Positions 13,186-24,911 of a stretch of 64,000 nt of DNA are shown piece by piece. The position numbers and the translations under genes were made by a program. The DNA lies in the NCBI GenBank assembly GCA_013239625.1, contig MU054212.1, positions 620,001-684,000 of the forward strand, read 5' to 3'. Below the pieces are notes generated by a model. It saw only the letters and a program-made list of their open reading frames with translations. It did not search any database and was not told the origin of the DNA. Position 1 is the first letter of the stretch. Every line of letters begins with the position of its first letter. The stretch comes from Lama guanicoe (lineage: Eukaryota).

Positions 13186-16100
13186 TAAAAGCATAAACAT
13201 TTTTTCTTCAAGCTTTACAATGACTAAAATCTGCTCATGAGAAAGACTCCAAGTTACTCTTGGGATCCATCATTCAAGAGATGGAAGTAGCAGCCATCAC
13301 TGCCAATTGTTGTTCTTGCTTTCAAAAAGCATTTTAAAAAATACAAGTGTTTCCCCAAAGAAGAAAGAGTCCTGTGGTCTGAGGAATGTCTCCTTCGTGC
13401 ACACACAGACCTGAATGACAAACACCAGGACCTGCCACAGTCCGGGCTGCCAACAATAGCAGAACTCAACACATTGTGTCAACGGCGGGGCTTTGAACTT
13501 CCTGGCTTTGTCAATGGATGTCACAACCTCTGTGTTGTTTAAACAGATTTTGGTATTTAAAGCAGATCAGGTTTGTTTTTTAAACATTCATTTCGATCCT
13601 GAGACAAATTTCCTGTTTGTTTAAGGGAAAATAAAGAGGAGCAGTTGTTAGTGGGAAACAGCCAGAAAGTCATGCATTTATTTGGATAGAGATTCAGATA
13701 TTCAGCTTTGTTGTTTACTGTTCTGTTGTTGTTGTTGTTTAAATACATATGACTTAAGGAAAAAGTGACTGATGACAGCATGTCTATAAGGCCCTTAGCC
13801 AGAACTGCCCCAGTCTCAGCCACGCACCTCCCGCGTAAACTGGTTATAGTCTTTCAAACACTGTTTCTTACCATCATTTTGCCTTTGCTCAGCAAAATCT
13901 CTCACCTGGAATAATTTCATAGGCATCCCCAAACAATTCCTACTCACGTTCTGAAAATTCATTTATGGAAAACTTTTCCTGAGCCTGGCCCCCCTCCACA
14001 CATCCAAGTGTATCAGAAGCTTCTTCTAGTGGTTCTGTAACCCCTTACCATAGCACATGCCAGGTGCTACTGAGATGTGTGGTCTCCCCAGCCAGGGGGT
14101 GAGATACTCATCTCTGTGTTCAGGGCCTAGCGACAGAGACTTGCCTGATACATTTTATAGAAATGCGCTAGGATCATCAGAGCTGGTAATATAACCCAAC
14201 CCATGTAGATACAGAATCTGGCAATAGCCTTTAGGAGATGACTCATTGTATATTTGTTTCTAGCAAGATTTTGTCTCCTAAGTACCCCCAAGATTATGAG
14301 TTTTCACTTTGCCCTTCTGGGCCAGCCTGCAGCCTTGCAAACTGCTCCAGAGCTCAGCAATATCTCATGGGAATACTGGGCTTGCCTTTGGGGCTCTCCT
14401 AGTGTCCCGTCCATCAAGTCAGTTCCACACGACTGCCGAAAGCTCTACGAGTTTCTCTTTCCCACAGAATATTTCCTCTTCTTGGACCAAGTTAGATCCT
14501 TAGCCTGCACTCAGGATCAGCAAATGTCCTCCCCACACCCCGTGGAGAAAACAGCCTGTGTTCCTGGGTGCACCTAGGAAAGGCTCTTCTTTCTCTGGAA
14601 ATTCATTTCATTTAGTTCTCATTGCTTTCACAGATGTCTGATTTCTTTAAAAATATGTTTTTTTGCCATTTATTTGTTTTCCCCCAAGTTGTTTCAGTTG
14701 AATGCTGGCCTGTCACAATGCATAACATTCTACTCTGAAGCAGATTTCCCTTTATTATACAGATAAGAAAACTAAGACCCAGAGAGATGGTAAGCCAGCA
14801 GTTTTCAAACCAGGCTTGGCTGACCACTGCTTTCTCAGAGCCACCTTGAACGTCATGGTGAGGCAAGGTGGAGAGGCTTTATGTGATTTGTTCTGAACAT
14901 CTTCCTGATTGGTGACAATCTTATTAACCTATCATTACAACTTTAATTAGCTTTGTATTGTTACGGTAGTCTAGGATCTTGTATATATCAGCCTGAGGCA
15001 ACAGGACTTTCTCAAGGGCACAGTCTCTTTTCAGACACAGTTTCAGATACGATGCAACTGGTGGTGATGAATAAGGCAGGCTGGAGGTGAGAGGAACGTA
15101 AAGTTTCTTCTCCTCATGATTCTCTCTGCCCAAAGGGAAGGAAACTCTTCTCTGTTCCATCCTTTCATTCTCTTCCAAGTTCACTCTGATGGGAAGAATT
15201 ATTCATCTGATGATGCATTTAATGAGGCTCATTACACTAGCTGGTGGAATTCCAGTGCTTTAAAAGCAAGAACCCAGACTCCAATGGTTTATTTCTTCTC
15301 TTGAATCCACGCAATGAAATTTTCTTGACCCTCTGTCTCCACCTTTTGGGGGTGGGAATGGAGAACAGAGAGGAAGCCATGCCTCCTATAGGGGGCAGAA
15401 AGCCTTAAGTCTCTAAGCCAAGGCTGAGTTTTTTCAATCCAACTTTGTTTCCCACTTGCCTACTATTCCTTGTCCATGCGTTCTCTTAGTTCATATCCCA
15501 AGAACGGAGAAGTGGGTAGAAGAGTTCAAGTATCAAGACTCGGAACTCTTTAATGCATGTTGTGTGCTTAAAAAAACCTGTGTGTCTTCTTACTCCATCT
15601 GACACTGGTCCTCTGGTTATAACTTCAGAAATCTGTGGACCTTTGGACCTTTTATCTTGGACTTGCAATCTTCCCGGATCAGAAGTGCAGAAAGTGCTGG
15701 CTCTCCCCCAGGACTGGGTGTCACAGTTTCTTTCTCTTTAGTCCTCACACTTCTCAAGAGGCCATATTAATATTACATCTGCTGAAGCAGTGTATCCTGG
15801 GACCTCTGGAGGCCTCCTCCCTTTACCTGTCTCTGTGGGCAGTCTTCCTCAGCTCATCATAGAACACCTGATTTGGTGGGGGGTTGCTTTATTTTCTGTA
15901 ATATATTATAATTTTCTTTCAATAAAGGGGCAATAAATGTACCAAGTATTGCTTCTTTGCCGAGAAATACAAAAAGCAAAATAATGCAGATATACTCAGA
16001 ACACCCAATTGTTGAAGACAAATGGAGAATTTGAGGCTACCCTAATTTTCCCTCAAATGAAATTCAGTGACAGCCTGGTACAGAGTCAATAGATTTTTCA

Positions 16101-16881
16101 TTCTAGTACTTTTTCTCAAGTTTCTCAGTCTCATTTTATTCAGTAAACGTGCTCATCGACTGGCAGATTTACTTTTAGAATGATAGTTATTTTTCAAACG
16201 TTTGTCCTGTTGATTAAAAAATTCCAGCAGTCTCCCAGCTAAGCAGTTCTCTGTGCTTCTATAAAGGAAGAGCATGAAGCTAAGGTGGTTTTGGATTTTC
16301 TGAGTTGTTTTGATTCACTCAAAGAATAGATCTAATCTCTGCAGTCTATTTTTAGAAATGAAATGAATTTAAGCTCAAAGGAGCTTCAAAAAAAAAAAAC
16401 CACCATAATTATACTTACTCCAAGGCCGTCACAATTTTTTTCATCTCCATTTAATTTAACAATAACTTCAACTCATGTTATTGTTATACTTATTAATAAC
16501 GGAGGTAAAAGGATAGATTTGCCGAAAGATACACATCAAGACTGCTTGTAGTGTTTAAAAGACAGGAAATGTGGTGCTCATTTGGTAAAACCCCTTGTAT
16601 TACTTTTAACCTGTCCCCTTCCTGAATCCTAACAATTCCTGAAGAAGTATCAGTTGGGAAAAGTGAGCCCGTGACGTCAAGGGCTGTACCCTGGCTCCGG
16701 GTCTGGTCATACTCAGTTTTACATGACCAGAGAGTGAGAGCTCCTCACAAGGGTAAAAGCTGGCACACGACTCGCCCCCCCAGCTTGAGGGATTCATGCA
16801 AACCACGGAGACTTCCCAGCTCTTGCCACACAACTCTTGGCACTCACTACAAAATGTCAGTGGGTCACCTGTGAACTCTCC

Positions 16882-17262
16882 TGCTAGGGACTGAATTGTG
16901 CGCCCCTCTTCCACCCTAAATCCTTATGTTGAAGCCCTAACTTCCAATGTTATGGTATTGGGAGATCGGGCCTTTGGAAGGCAGTTAGGGTCAGATGAGG
17001 TCACGAGGGTGGGGTCTTCAAGATGTGATCAGTCACCTTATAAGAACTGATCAGAGAGCTTGTGTCCTCCCTCCGCCTGTGAAGACACCGCTAGAAGGTG
17101 ACCACTTGCACTTGCAACCCAAGGAGAGAGCTCCCACCAGACACCCACCCTGCGGGCACCGTGATCTTGGACTTCCCAGCCTCCAGAATTGTGCACAATA
17201 AATGCCTGTTGTCTGAGCCATCCAGCCTATGACATTTTGTTATGGCAGCCTCAGCTAAGACA
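16882..17262 (+). mobile_element. MLT1A-type ERVL-MaLR solo LTR
   Basis: TG...CA ends; ttatgttgaagccctaa, gatgaggtca.gagggtgggg, atcttggacttcccagcctccagaa, aataaat, ttgttatggcagcc...ctaagaca. Confidence 0.9.
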
Positions 17263-19379
17263 TTATTCCTTGCTCTTTGGGAGAGTTTAAAAAAGGAAAG
17301 TTAAAAAGACAACAACTAACTGTTTCAGAAGAACCATTCACTGAATTAGAAGTGAAAACGGAGAAGGGCTTTGAGTTACTGCTAGAATGAAGCTAAGGCC
17401 AAGTTCAATTCACTGAGCCCTCGCTAGGAACTGGAGAGGCAAAAACAAAAGGTGAGAACTGCCCCCAGCACCCCTGTCATAGTTTCACCACTGCTGGACG
17501 TGACCAGGCAAATCATTTCAATATCATATGAAATCTGCTAAGATGCGGGTACACTCAAGGTTATAGGAACAAGCCCCACATCGAGATGATGCCTGAGCTA
17601 ATCTTGAAGGACAAGTAAGAAGTACTGGGTGAGGGACGGGGGAGGGGCTTTCTACGCAGAAGGAACAGCAGGAAAAAGCTCACAAACTCTAAGTCATTGT
17701 GTATTGACCGGAGCACCGAAGGAAACTTGGAGAGAGAGAAAAAGCAATAGCTAGAAACCCCTTTTTCCTAACAAGGTACTGAAAATAATCCCACGGAGAA
17801 ATCTACTCGCTTAAAGACCACGGGCAGCTGCTTCCAGGATGACTGGGTGTGCAGTGTTACCAGCATGTACGAGGCAGTCCTGGCCTTGGACTTCAAAAGT
17901 CCAGTCTTCCTGCCCGGTGACTGCGGGCGAGAGCGGGCCAGGGCGCCCAGGGCTGGCATGCTCCCTCGCTGTGTCACAAACTCACTGACTCACCTCAGGC
18001 CAGCCCTTCCCCCTCTCTGGGTTTCAGTTCCTCTGTCTTCATACAAGACAAAGGAATTACCTATAAAGTATCTCTCTGGGACTGAATTTTATTCTTTGAC
18101 TTAAAATTATTTCTTGAAAGAGAAAGGGGGAATCCTAATCATTCCCTGACTTATTCCAGTGAGAATTTTCAAGGAGCTTAACAAGACAGTCATTGCAGAC
18201 TTAATTAGAAGTCTATTAGAAGTAGATAAGAGAGATGAAGGACGCGGGGAAACAAGGATCGGGAGGCACGGATGAGGCTGTTACCCCAAGTCCACGCCTG
18301 AGCTGTCTACCTACATGGTGGGGAGGGGGCTGCACGCAGCAGAGGAAGAGGCAGCCCAGGAGTTTGGCTGCAGCCAAAGCCAAGAAGGTACATGGTCAGT
18401 CACACACTGGGTGTCCCTAAGATACGGGCAACCCTACAGCTGGAAGAAGCCATTTAATGTTAGCCTGTCTCCTAAGTTTCAAATGAAAGCATAGTTACCA
18501 AAAAAAGGAGAGAGCAGTTAACTTAGGAAACCTGTCAATTGCCACAAAGAGGCCCAGTGGAGTGACCCAGAGAGAAGAAATGTCTTGTCCTGTCCCCAGA
18601 GTGATTTACAAGGTACACCACCTATACAATTTAGAAAGCCAAAAATGAGACATTTGCACTGTAGTCTTCACCAGGGATCCATTACAGGAATCAGAAGGTC
18701 TAAGTGCAGGGAGCTGGCGTGGGCCCACCCCTCCTCTGGGTGCAGCCAGGAGCCCACCAATACCCACCTCCTTCAAGAAAACAGCACGCAGCAGAGGCTG
18801 CTTTTCCTTAAAGAAGCATGAAAGCCTGTGGCCCCAGACATATGCATAAGTGTATATTCAGACTCCTGGAGGAACCTGGTTCATTCATCTAAACAGGAAG
18901 AACCTGCCAACAGCCTTGGAATGTCGGGGCACCAGCAGTACATCTGGGTGGCCCTGCCACGTTTCAGGTGGTCATCTCCCAAGCATCTGATCCGCACAAC
19001 ACCAGGACTCAGGCTGTGTGGTCCCCTCTACAGATAAGTCACATTCAAAGAGCGCTCCTAACCGTCTTTTGGACACATCAGAGAACCCTCAGTCCTTCAA
19101 ACAGCCCTCTGCAGTGCCAGCCCCCTTTCCCAGAGGTCTCACAGGTTACATCCCTTCAGCTCAGGGGGCCACCCTTCCTGGGACCCTGTTCTCTCTCCCC
19201 TAAGGGGACCCACTTCACTGCTACTTCTGTCTCCTTTCTTCCAGATACAGGTTTCTAGCAATCAATCATCAATTTCTGGATCCAAATTCTCACATTCAGG
19301 CTTAAGCTCTGTGTAAGCAAAGGTGAAGTTATTCTCATGCCATTTGGGAGGTGGGGTGGGGGGCATACTGCAGCCTACT

Positions 19380-20010
19380 TTAATTTTCAAATTTCATTTT
19401 TAAATACATAATACAACCACGATTCCAAAACTGAAAACCACAAAAATATACACAGTGAAGCATCTCTCTGCCTTTTTAGCCCCCAGTCTGTTCAGTTCTC
19501 ACTTCCTGCCAAAGGTCATCATGTCTCTTATGCATTAAAGTTTCTTTATGCTTATGTAAGTGAGTATGAACACGGGTTCTGTTTTTTATTTTCTTTTACA
19601 TAAAATCCAGCATATTACATACGTGGTTTTACTCCCTGCATCGTTCACTTGGTAACATGTCTCGGAGGTCTTTCCCTGGCTCTACAGGGAGAAGGTCATT
19701 GATTTTTCTTACAGAACTCTACTGGCAAGATGGGTCCTGACCCCCTACTGATGAACACTGGGATTGTTTTCTTTTGCTCCTATAAAAAGTGCAGTTTAGT
19801 GACCCTGCACATCTGCCATTTAGACTGGTGGAAACGTATCTACAGGATAAGTTCCCACAAGTGGTGGCAGCGGGTCAAAGCACACACACACTGGCAAGCA
19901 GGGTAAGAACAGCCAAGCAGCCTCCGCTGGGCTGAGACAAGTGACGCTTCCACCAGTAAGGAGCAGAGTGCCTGCTCTCTTGTCAACCGAATGTGCTGGA
20001 TTCTTAAACT
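19380..20010 (-). mobile_element. Old L1 (L1ME-like) 3' fragment
   Basis: Degenerate antisense L1 motifs: ttcacttggtaacatgtct, ccccctactgatgaacactgggattgttt, tatctacaggataagttccca.aagtgg. Confidence 0.6.
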
Positions 20011-21482
20011 CAGAATCCTACCCCCATCCCCACCCGCACTCCAGGTGGGGGCTCAGGACCGTGAGTTCAGCCAGGCCAGAGGCGGCAGGGTGGTCCTGTG
20101 GCTCGGTGCTGGCTCCCGGAGGCCCAGACAGTAAGGGCAGAAACTGAAAGGTCCCCGTGGGCCCCGGGGCAGCTCCTCCCACACAGGCTCACAGGTCTGG
20201 GTTCCAGGACCGCACACCCTGTGTGCTCACAGGGGCAGAGTCTCCACTTGGTCCCCAGCGCCTGCAGGGCTGAACCTGTAAGTGTCCAGTAAATGCCTTC
20301 ATGAATCAGGGGACCACAGAATCAGCGCTGCAGGCTGCACAGAGGGGCAGGCACACCTCCTCCTCCAGCAAAGGCTCAGCCTGGGCACCGAGGAGCATGT
20401 GCAAGACCCAGACATGGGCATCTCTCCGAAGCTCCAAGAAGCGCACTCCCAATATACAAGGGGGAAGGATTTTGCCGACGGATTTAGTATAGGGACAAGT
20501 GTCACATCACCTCCTCTCCTGTGTGTTTGGAAGGACCCAGGGAAAGTGATTCGAGAAGGGGGAACGTGTTCATCTGCTCCAACAGCAGAGTCCCTGCTAC
20601 ATTAAGCTTAAAGTTCCCTCAGGCGTTCGGGATGTCTTCTTCCCCTTTTCAGTTCAGGCTCAAAATATTAATTCCTCAAGGGGTCAAAGGGGAAGATAAA
20701 AATGAGCTGACCTCCCCAGGAAAGGGATGGAGCCGGGGGTTTAGAGAGAGCGGGGCCATATGCTGTCTGCTAACCTCAGAACATGAGGCTGGCTCACCTG
20801 TGGGGTCCAGGAACCCACATGCTGGATCTAGGGGTGCATCACTGCAGTAACCACTTTTAAGTACAGGACTTCTGAGCCACGTCACCAGGAAAGTGCACTG
20901 GATTAACTCCGCATGTGAAACCGTAGTCCTCCCCTCAGCCTGAAAAGCCTCTCTAGGACCTGGTGGCGTATTTGTCAAATCAGAGGAACTCACCCCTACA
21001 ACCGGGACCTTAACTGCTAGAATGTGTGTGTTGCAGTCAGCCTACAGCTGCAGAGGGAAAATGCAGCCTTTTCTGCCAGCCTAACACTGGGGGCTTCTGA
21101 GTTCACCACCTTGAGGCTTTGGTAGTGGGGCCGGAAAGGGGAGCCAGGAAGCTGCTCAAACAAACTGCGGGGCAGCCCAGGCGTGAAGATAAGCCTCAGC
21201 CACGGAAGCCAGCTTCTTTCTTTCATTCTTTCCTTTATCAAGGGCCTATGACACGTCAGACATTGTGCTAAATGCCCACACCCCTGGTGCCCGGGACTCA
21301 TAGGTCTCAGCCCATATCAGGCCAAGCAAGCTCTGGACCAGGTGGCTGCGTGCAGCTGCTTCTCCCAGGTCAGGCTGTAGAGAAGGCTTTGAAAAAGTTG
21401 GTCATCTCTCTGGGCCTCAATCTCCTCATCTACTCCAAGAAGGGGAAATATTTCCAATATTGTTACATGAAAACTAACAGGT

Positions 21483-21572
21483 GCAGGGAGGGTAAAAGCA
21501 CAGTGGTGGAGAGCATGCTTAGCAGGCACAAGGTCCTGGGTTCAATCCCCAGAACCTCCATTAAAAAAAAAA
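21483..21572 (+). mobile_element. Camelid tRNA-derived SINE (Vic-1-like), short form
   Basis: A box agcacagtggtggagagc, B box ggttcaatccc, A tail. Approximate TSD aaaactaacaggt / aaaatgaacaggt. Confidence 0.88.
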
Positions 21573-22249
21573 ATGAACAGGTAGAGAATGATGCCATTTC
21601 TGTGAAAACAAACCAACCAGTTACATGCAGACAGAGATAAGTCCCAAAGCAGACATCGGAACATCTGCAGTAGTGGGATCACGTAAGCTTTGTCTTCTTT
21701 TCCTTTAACTTAACTTCCTAAGATTTCTATAATAAGCATTTTGATATTCTTTTTAATGAAGAAACTTGAACTAAACATTTTTTTTTTGTAGGGGTGTCAT
21801 GGATCAAAATCCAAATCACCAAGTAAGAAAAAAATTATTTGTTTCAATAATGGAGAACACAGCCTGCAGTTAAACACCTACCAGGAAATTCAAGACCTAA
21901 CCAAGGCACAGTGCCGTTTGCATCCTCAGAGCCCGGGGGGCCGGCTCCTGTGTGTGGGCACATGCGGTGCTGCTGGGCGGAGGGAGTTCCTGAGACTCGT
22001 CCCGACAGTGTGGTCCAGCTTTGCCCGGGCGGCAGGTTGAGTCCCCTCACTTTCATCTGGGCCCCATCAGCCTCCAGCAGCCTCCCAGTTTCCTGGGGGT
22101 GTTTTCTATATTGTGTACTTAACCATTAAGAAAAATACAACAACAACAACAAAGAGTGAGTCGGGGAGTCCAATTACGCTCATTATAATCATGTTCCAAC
22201 TCAGCCTCTCCATCTCACCCCCACTGCAGCGGAGACCCTCCAGGCTGAG

Positions 22250-22490
22250 GGGGTGCAGGCTCTGCAGTCAAGACCCGGGTCCAAGTCCAAGCTCCCTGGT
22301 TCTAGCTCAGACAAGTTACCTAACGTCTTTGTCTCCTCAGGGCTAAGGCGGAAGGAGAAGCACACAGTTCAAAGCACCCAAGGTCTTGATGAGAAGTTAA
22401 GTCAGACATGTGTGTCCAAGTACCGAGGACACCGCCTGGTACCCTGTGAGCAGGCAATCAGCGTGAGCTGTCAGCACTGTTCCTACTGTT
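22250..22490 (+). mobile_element. MIR SINE (degenerate)
   Basis: ggctctgcagtcaagacccgggtccaagtcc...acaagttacctaac..ctttgtctcctcag. Confidence 0.6.
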
Positions 22491-23469
22491 TTACTGTATC
22501 AGGTATTCAATGGGCGGTATGAGATCTGAATCTAAAATCTGATTGGCCAACAAGCTGCTATCTATGGAGCAAAAATTACATTATGTTTTGCCAACAGCAC
22601 GAGGAGGGAGGGCAGGTTTCTGTTTGCTGGGGAACGTGAAGGTGGCCTCGCACTGCACAGGGCAGAGGTGACTGGCTGAGGGGCGCCCTCAACCTCTTTC
22701 CACAGCCTGTGGGAGGCAGCCTGACGGCAAAGCATGAGCTAGTCTTCAGGGTCCCCTAGGTCCCAGGGGTCTGACCTCTTCCTCCAGCCCCCATAAAGCT
22801 GACACGGTCCCCTCTTCTCTGCTTACACTGCACCCACAGGACCTGGTAACACACTCAAGCATCCCGTCTGCTGGGACTAAGGGAGTCACCAACTTGATGT
22901 GCATGTTCAAAGGGTGACGAACCGCAGCCCCACAGCCACAAAGCCCAGGGGAGCCTGAGGGCGCCCAGCAGGGAGGCCCCTGAACCCAGCCCAATGGGAA
23001 GCAAGGTGTTCCCACCACCAACCGCACGGCACCCAAGAGTAGCAGGTTGGCAGTCCATTAACCCGTCCAGCCCCTTAAGGAAGTGCAGACCTGACAGCAC
23101 ACGCCCCTCACCTGTGCAGCAGAAGCCGGACAAGAAATACTTCTGCGACATTACCAGGAGGCCTGAGCTCCCCTTTTCACCTTGGCACTGAGCAGAATAT
23201 TGATGAGAAACCCTCTCCACCGGGACATTCAGGAGAACTGGTGGCCAGTGGCCAGTGCCCAGGAAAGCGAGGGAGCAGCCTGCAGGTTCTTCCCTTTCCC
23301 CAGCCAGTGAAACCCCAGATGGCCCGCAGACAAAGACAGTGTCAAAGCCAGAGGCACGGGGTCTGCTGGGGAAGCTGCCGCCCCTGCTTCCCCATGACAG
23401 TCAGGAGAGGAGGCTCGGCTGCGGGCTCTGCCTTCTGAAGACAGCCACCTCTGCAGCGCCCACATTGGA

Positions 23470-24232
23470 TCTTTTTCTATTGAAGTACAACATAAATACA
23501 GTAAAGTGCATGATGAGCTTGAATTTTTTTTTTTTAGTGTAGGTACTGGGGATTGAACCTAGGACTCTGTGCATGCTAAGCATGTGCTCTATGACTGAGC
23601 TATACCTTCTGCCCGACGAACTTGAATTTTAAGTGTAGAGCTTGTTGAATGTTTACATCCTTAAACACTGTGTAACCACCACCAGATAACGAATGTTTTC
23701 AGCATCTCACAAAGCTCCCTCACCTTCCTCCTCAGCCAGTACACCTGCATCACCTCTGTGGCTGCAGGCCTCTTTTTCACTGCAGTATACTATTCTACTA
23801 TATGGATAGATTACACTTTGCTGCTCCTTGGCTGACTATTATTACTTAAATAGTACAGGCTATTTCCTTCAGTTTGGGGCTGTTATGAATAAAACTACTA
23901 TGGATAGTCCTACTGTGGACTAAAAAAAGATAACAATCTTCCTGGGTGATAATGCACATAACGTAAAATTCACCCTGTAAAAGCATACAGTAGTTTTTCA
24001 GTATGTCCACAGAGCTGTGCAACCACCACCTGCAATCGACACCAGTAAACGTGTCCTGCTGTGGGTATGTGTCTTCATCTCTCTTGGGGATGAACCAGGG
24101 CTGGGGCTGCTCAGTCACAACAGATATCTTGTTCAGCTTCAGTGTTTTTTAAACCAGAAATGTTATTCCACATCCTCACCCACACTTGGTATTGTCAGTC
24201 TCTTTAATTTTAGCCATCCTAGTTGGAGGTGT
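23470..24232 (-). mobile_element. Old L1 3' region(s) (L1ME/L1MB-like, nested), interrupted by a SINE
   Basis: ttgaagtacaacata..tacagtaaagtgca, cagtttggggctgttatgaataa, catcctcacc.acacttggtattgtcagtct.tttaattttagccatcctag. Confidence 0.8.
23528..23614 (-). mobile_element. Camelid tRNA-derived SINE (Vic-1-like)
   Basis: ggtactggggattgaacctagg...gcatgctaagcatg..ctcta..actgagctata. TSD gatgagcttgaatttt (23512-23527) / gacgaacttgaatttt (23615-23630). Confidence 0.9.
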
Positions 24233-24284
24233 GATTCAAAACCACTTCTGATTTAAAACCACATCAGATTTAAAACCACTTCTG
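24233..24284. repeat. 17-bp tandem repeat, 3 copies (gatttaaaaccacttct)
   Basis: gattcaaaaccacttct / gatttaaaaccacatca / gatttaaaaccacttct. Confidence 0.9.
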
Positions 24285-24699
24285 TCTCAAATCCCCATTC
24301 TCTTACAACCAACCTAGCCCAGACCGAAAGCTGCATTCCACTCATCCTACAGTGTTTAGAGCTGACGTTGCTCCTCCCTCTCTTTCTTCCATTTTTTTAA
24401 AATAAACATCTGTGACTTCCAAAATGTTAGATCAAGTGACGAATTATGGTTCCCTGAGTTACTTGAAAAATTGAAAAGAGAACTTTAGGACCTCTGGTGC
24501 CACTAGAATCCGGTCACTTCGAATTTCTCTTGACACTAGAATGGCAAAACGGAACAAAGCAAAAGCGAAGGCTCTCTGTGTTTCTGCTGACCCAGGTCAG
24601 CGGCTCTCAAACTGTAGCCAAACCCAAAACACAAACAGCACTTCAAACATTTCTCCATCTATGAAAGAAAAGCTCATTCTGTTCAATTAATAAGAGTGA

Positions 24700-24790
24700 A
24701 CATTAACAGCTCAACACACGTTATTTCATATAATCCCCACAATATTTCTGTGACATTGAACGATTCCCATTTTACAGATGAGAAAACTGT
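24700..24790 (-). mobile_element. MIR core fragment
   Basis: ttatttcatataatccccacaa...cccattttacagatgagaaaactg. Confidence 0.75.
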
Positions 24791-24811
24791 ACTTCTCTCT
24801 GTGCACCTTAA

Positions 24812-24911
24812 TTAGGCTTCTTTCTTTTTTTTTTAATGGAGATACTGGAGATTGTACCCAGGACCTCCTGCATGCTAAGCATGCGCTCTACCACTGAACT
24901 ATGCCTCCCCC
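24812..24911 (-). mobile_element. Camelid tRNA-derived SINE (Vic-1-like) with a perfect 18-bp flanking direct repeat (TSD)
   Basis: gcatgctaagcatgcgctctaccactga body. Repeat tctctctgtgcaccttaa at 24794-24811 and 24912-24929. Confidence 0.92.

Noticed and set aside
24233..24284. Short direct repeats as a possible CRISPR-like array
   Set aside because: Contiguous tandem copies with no spacers, in mammalian intronic DNA. This is a local slippage duplication.
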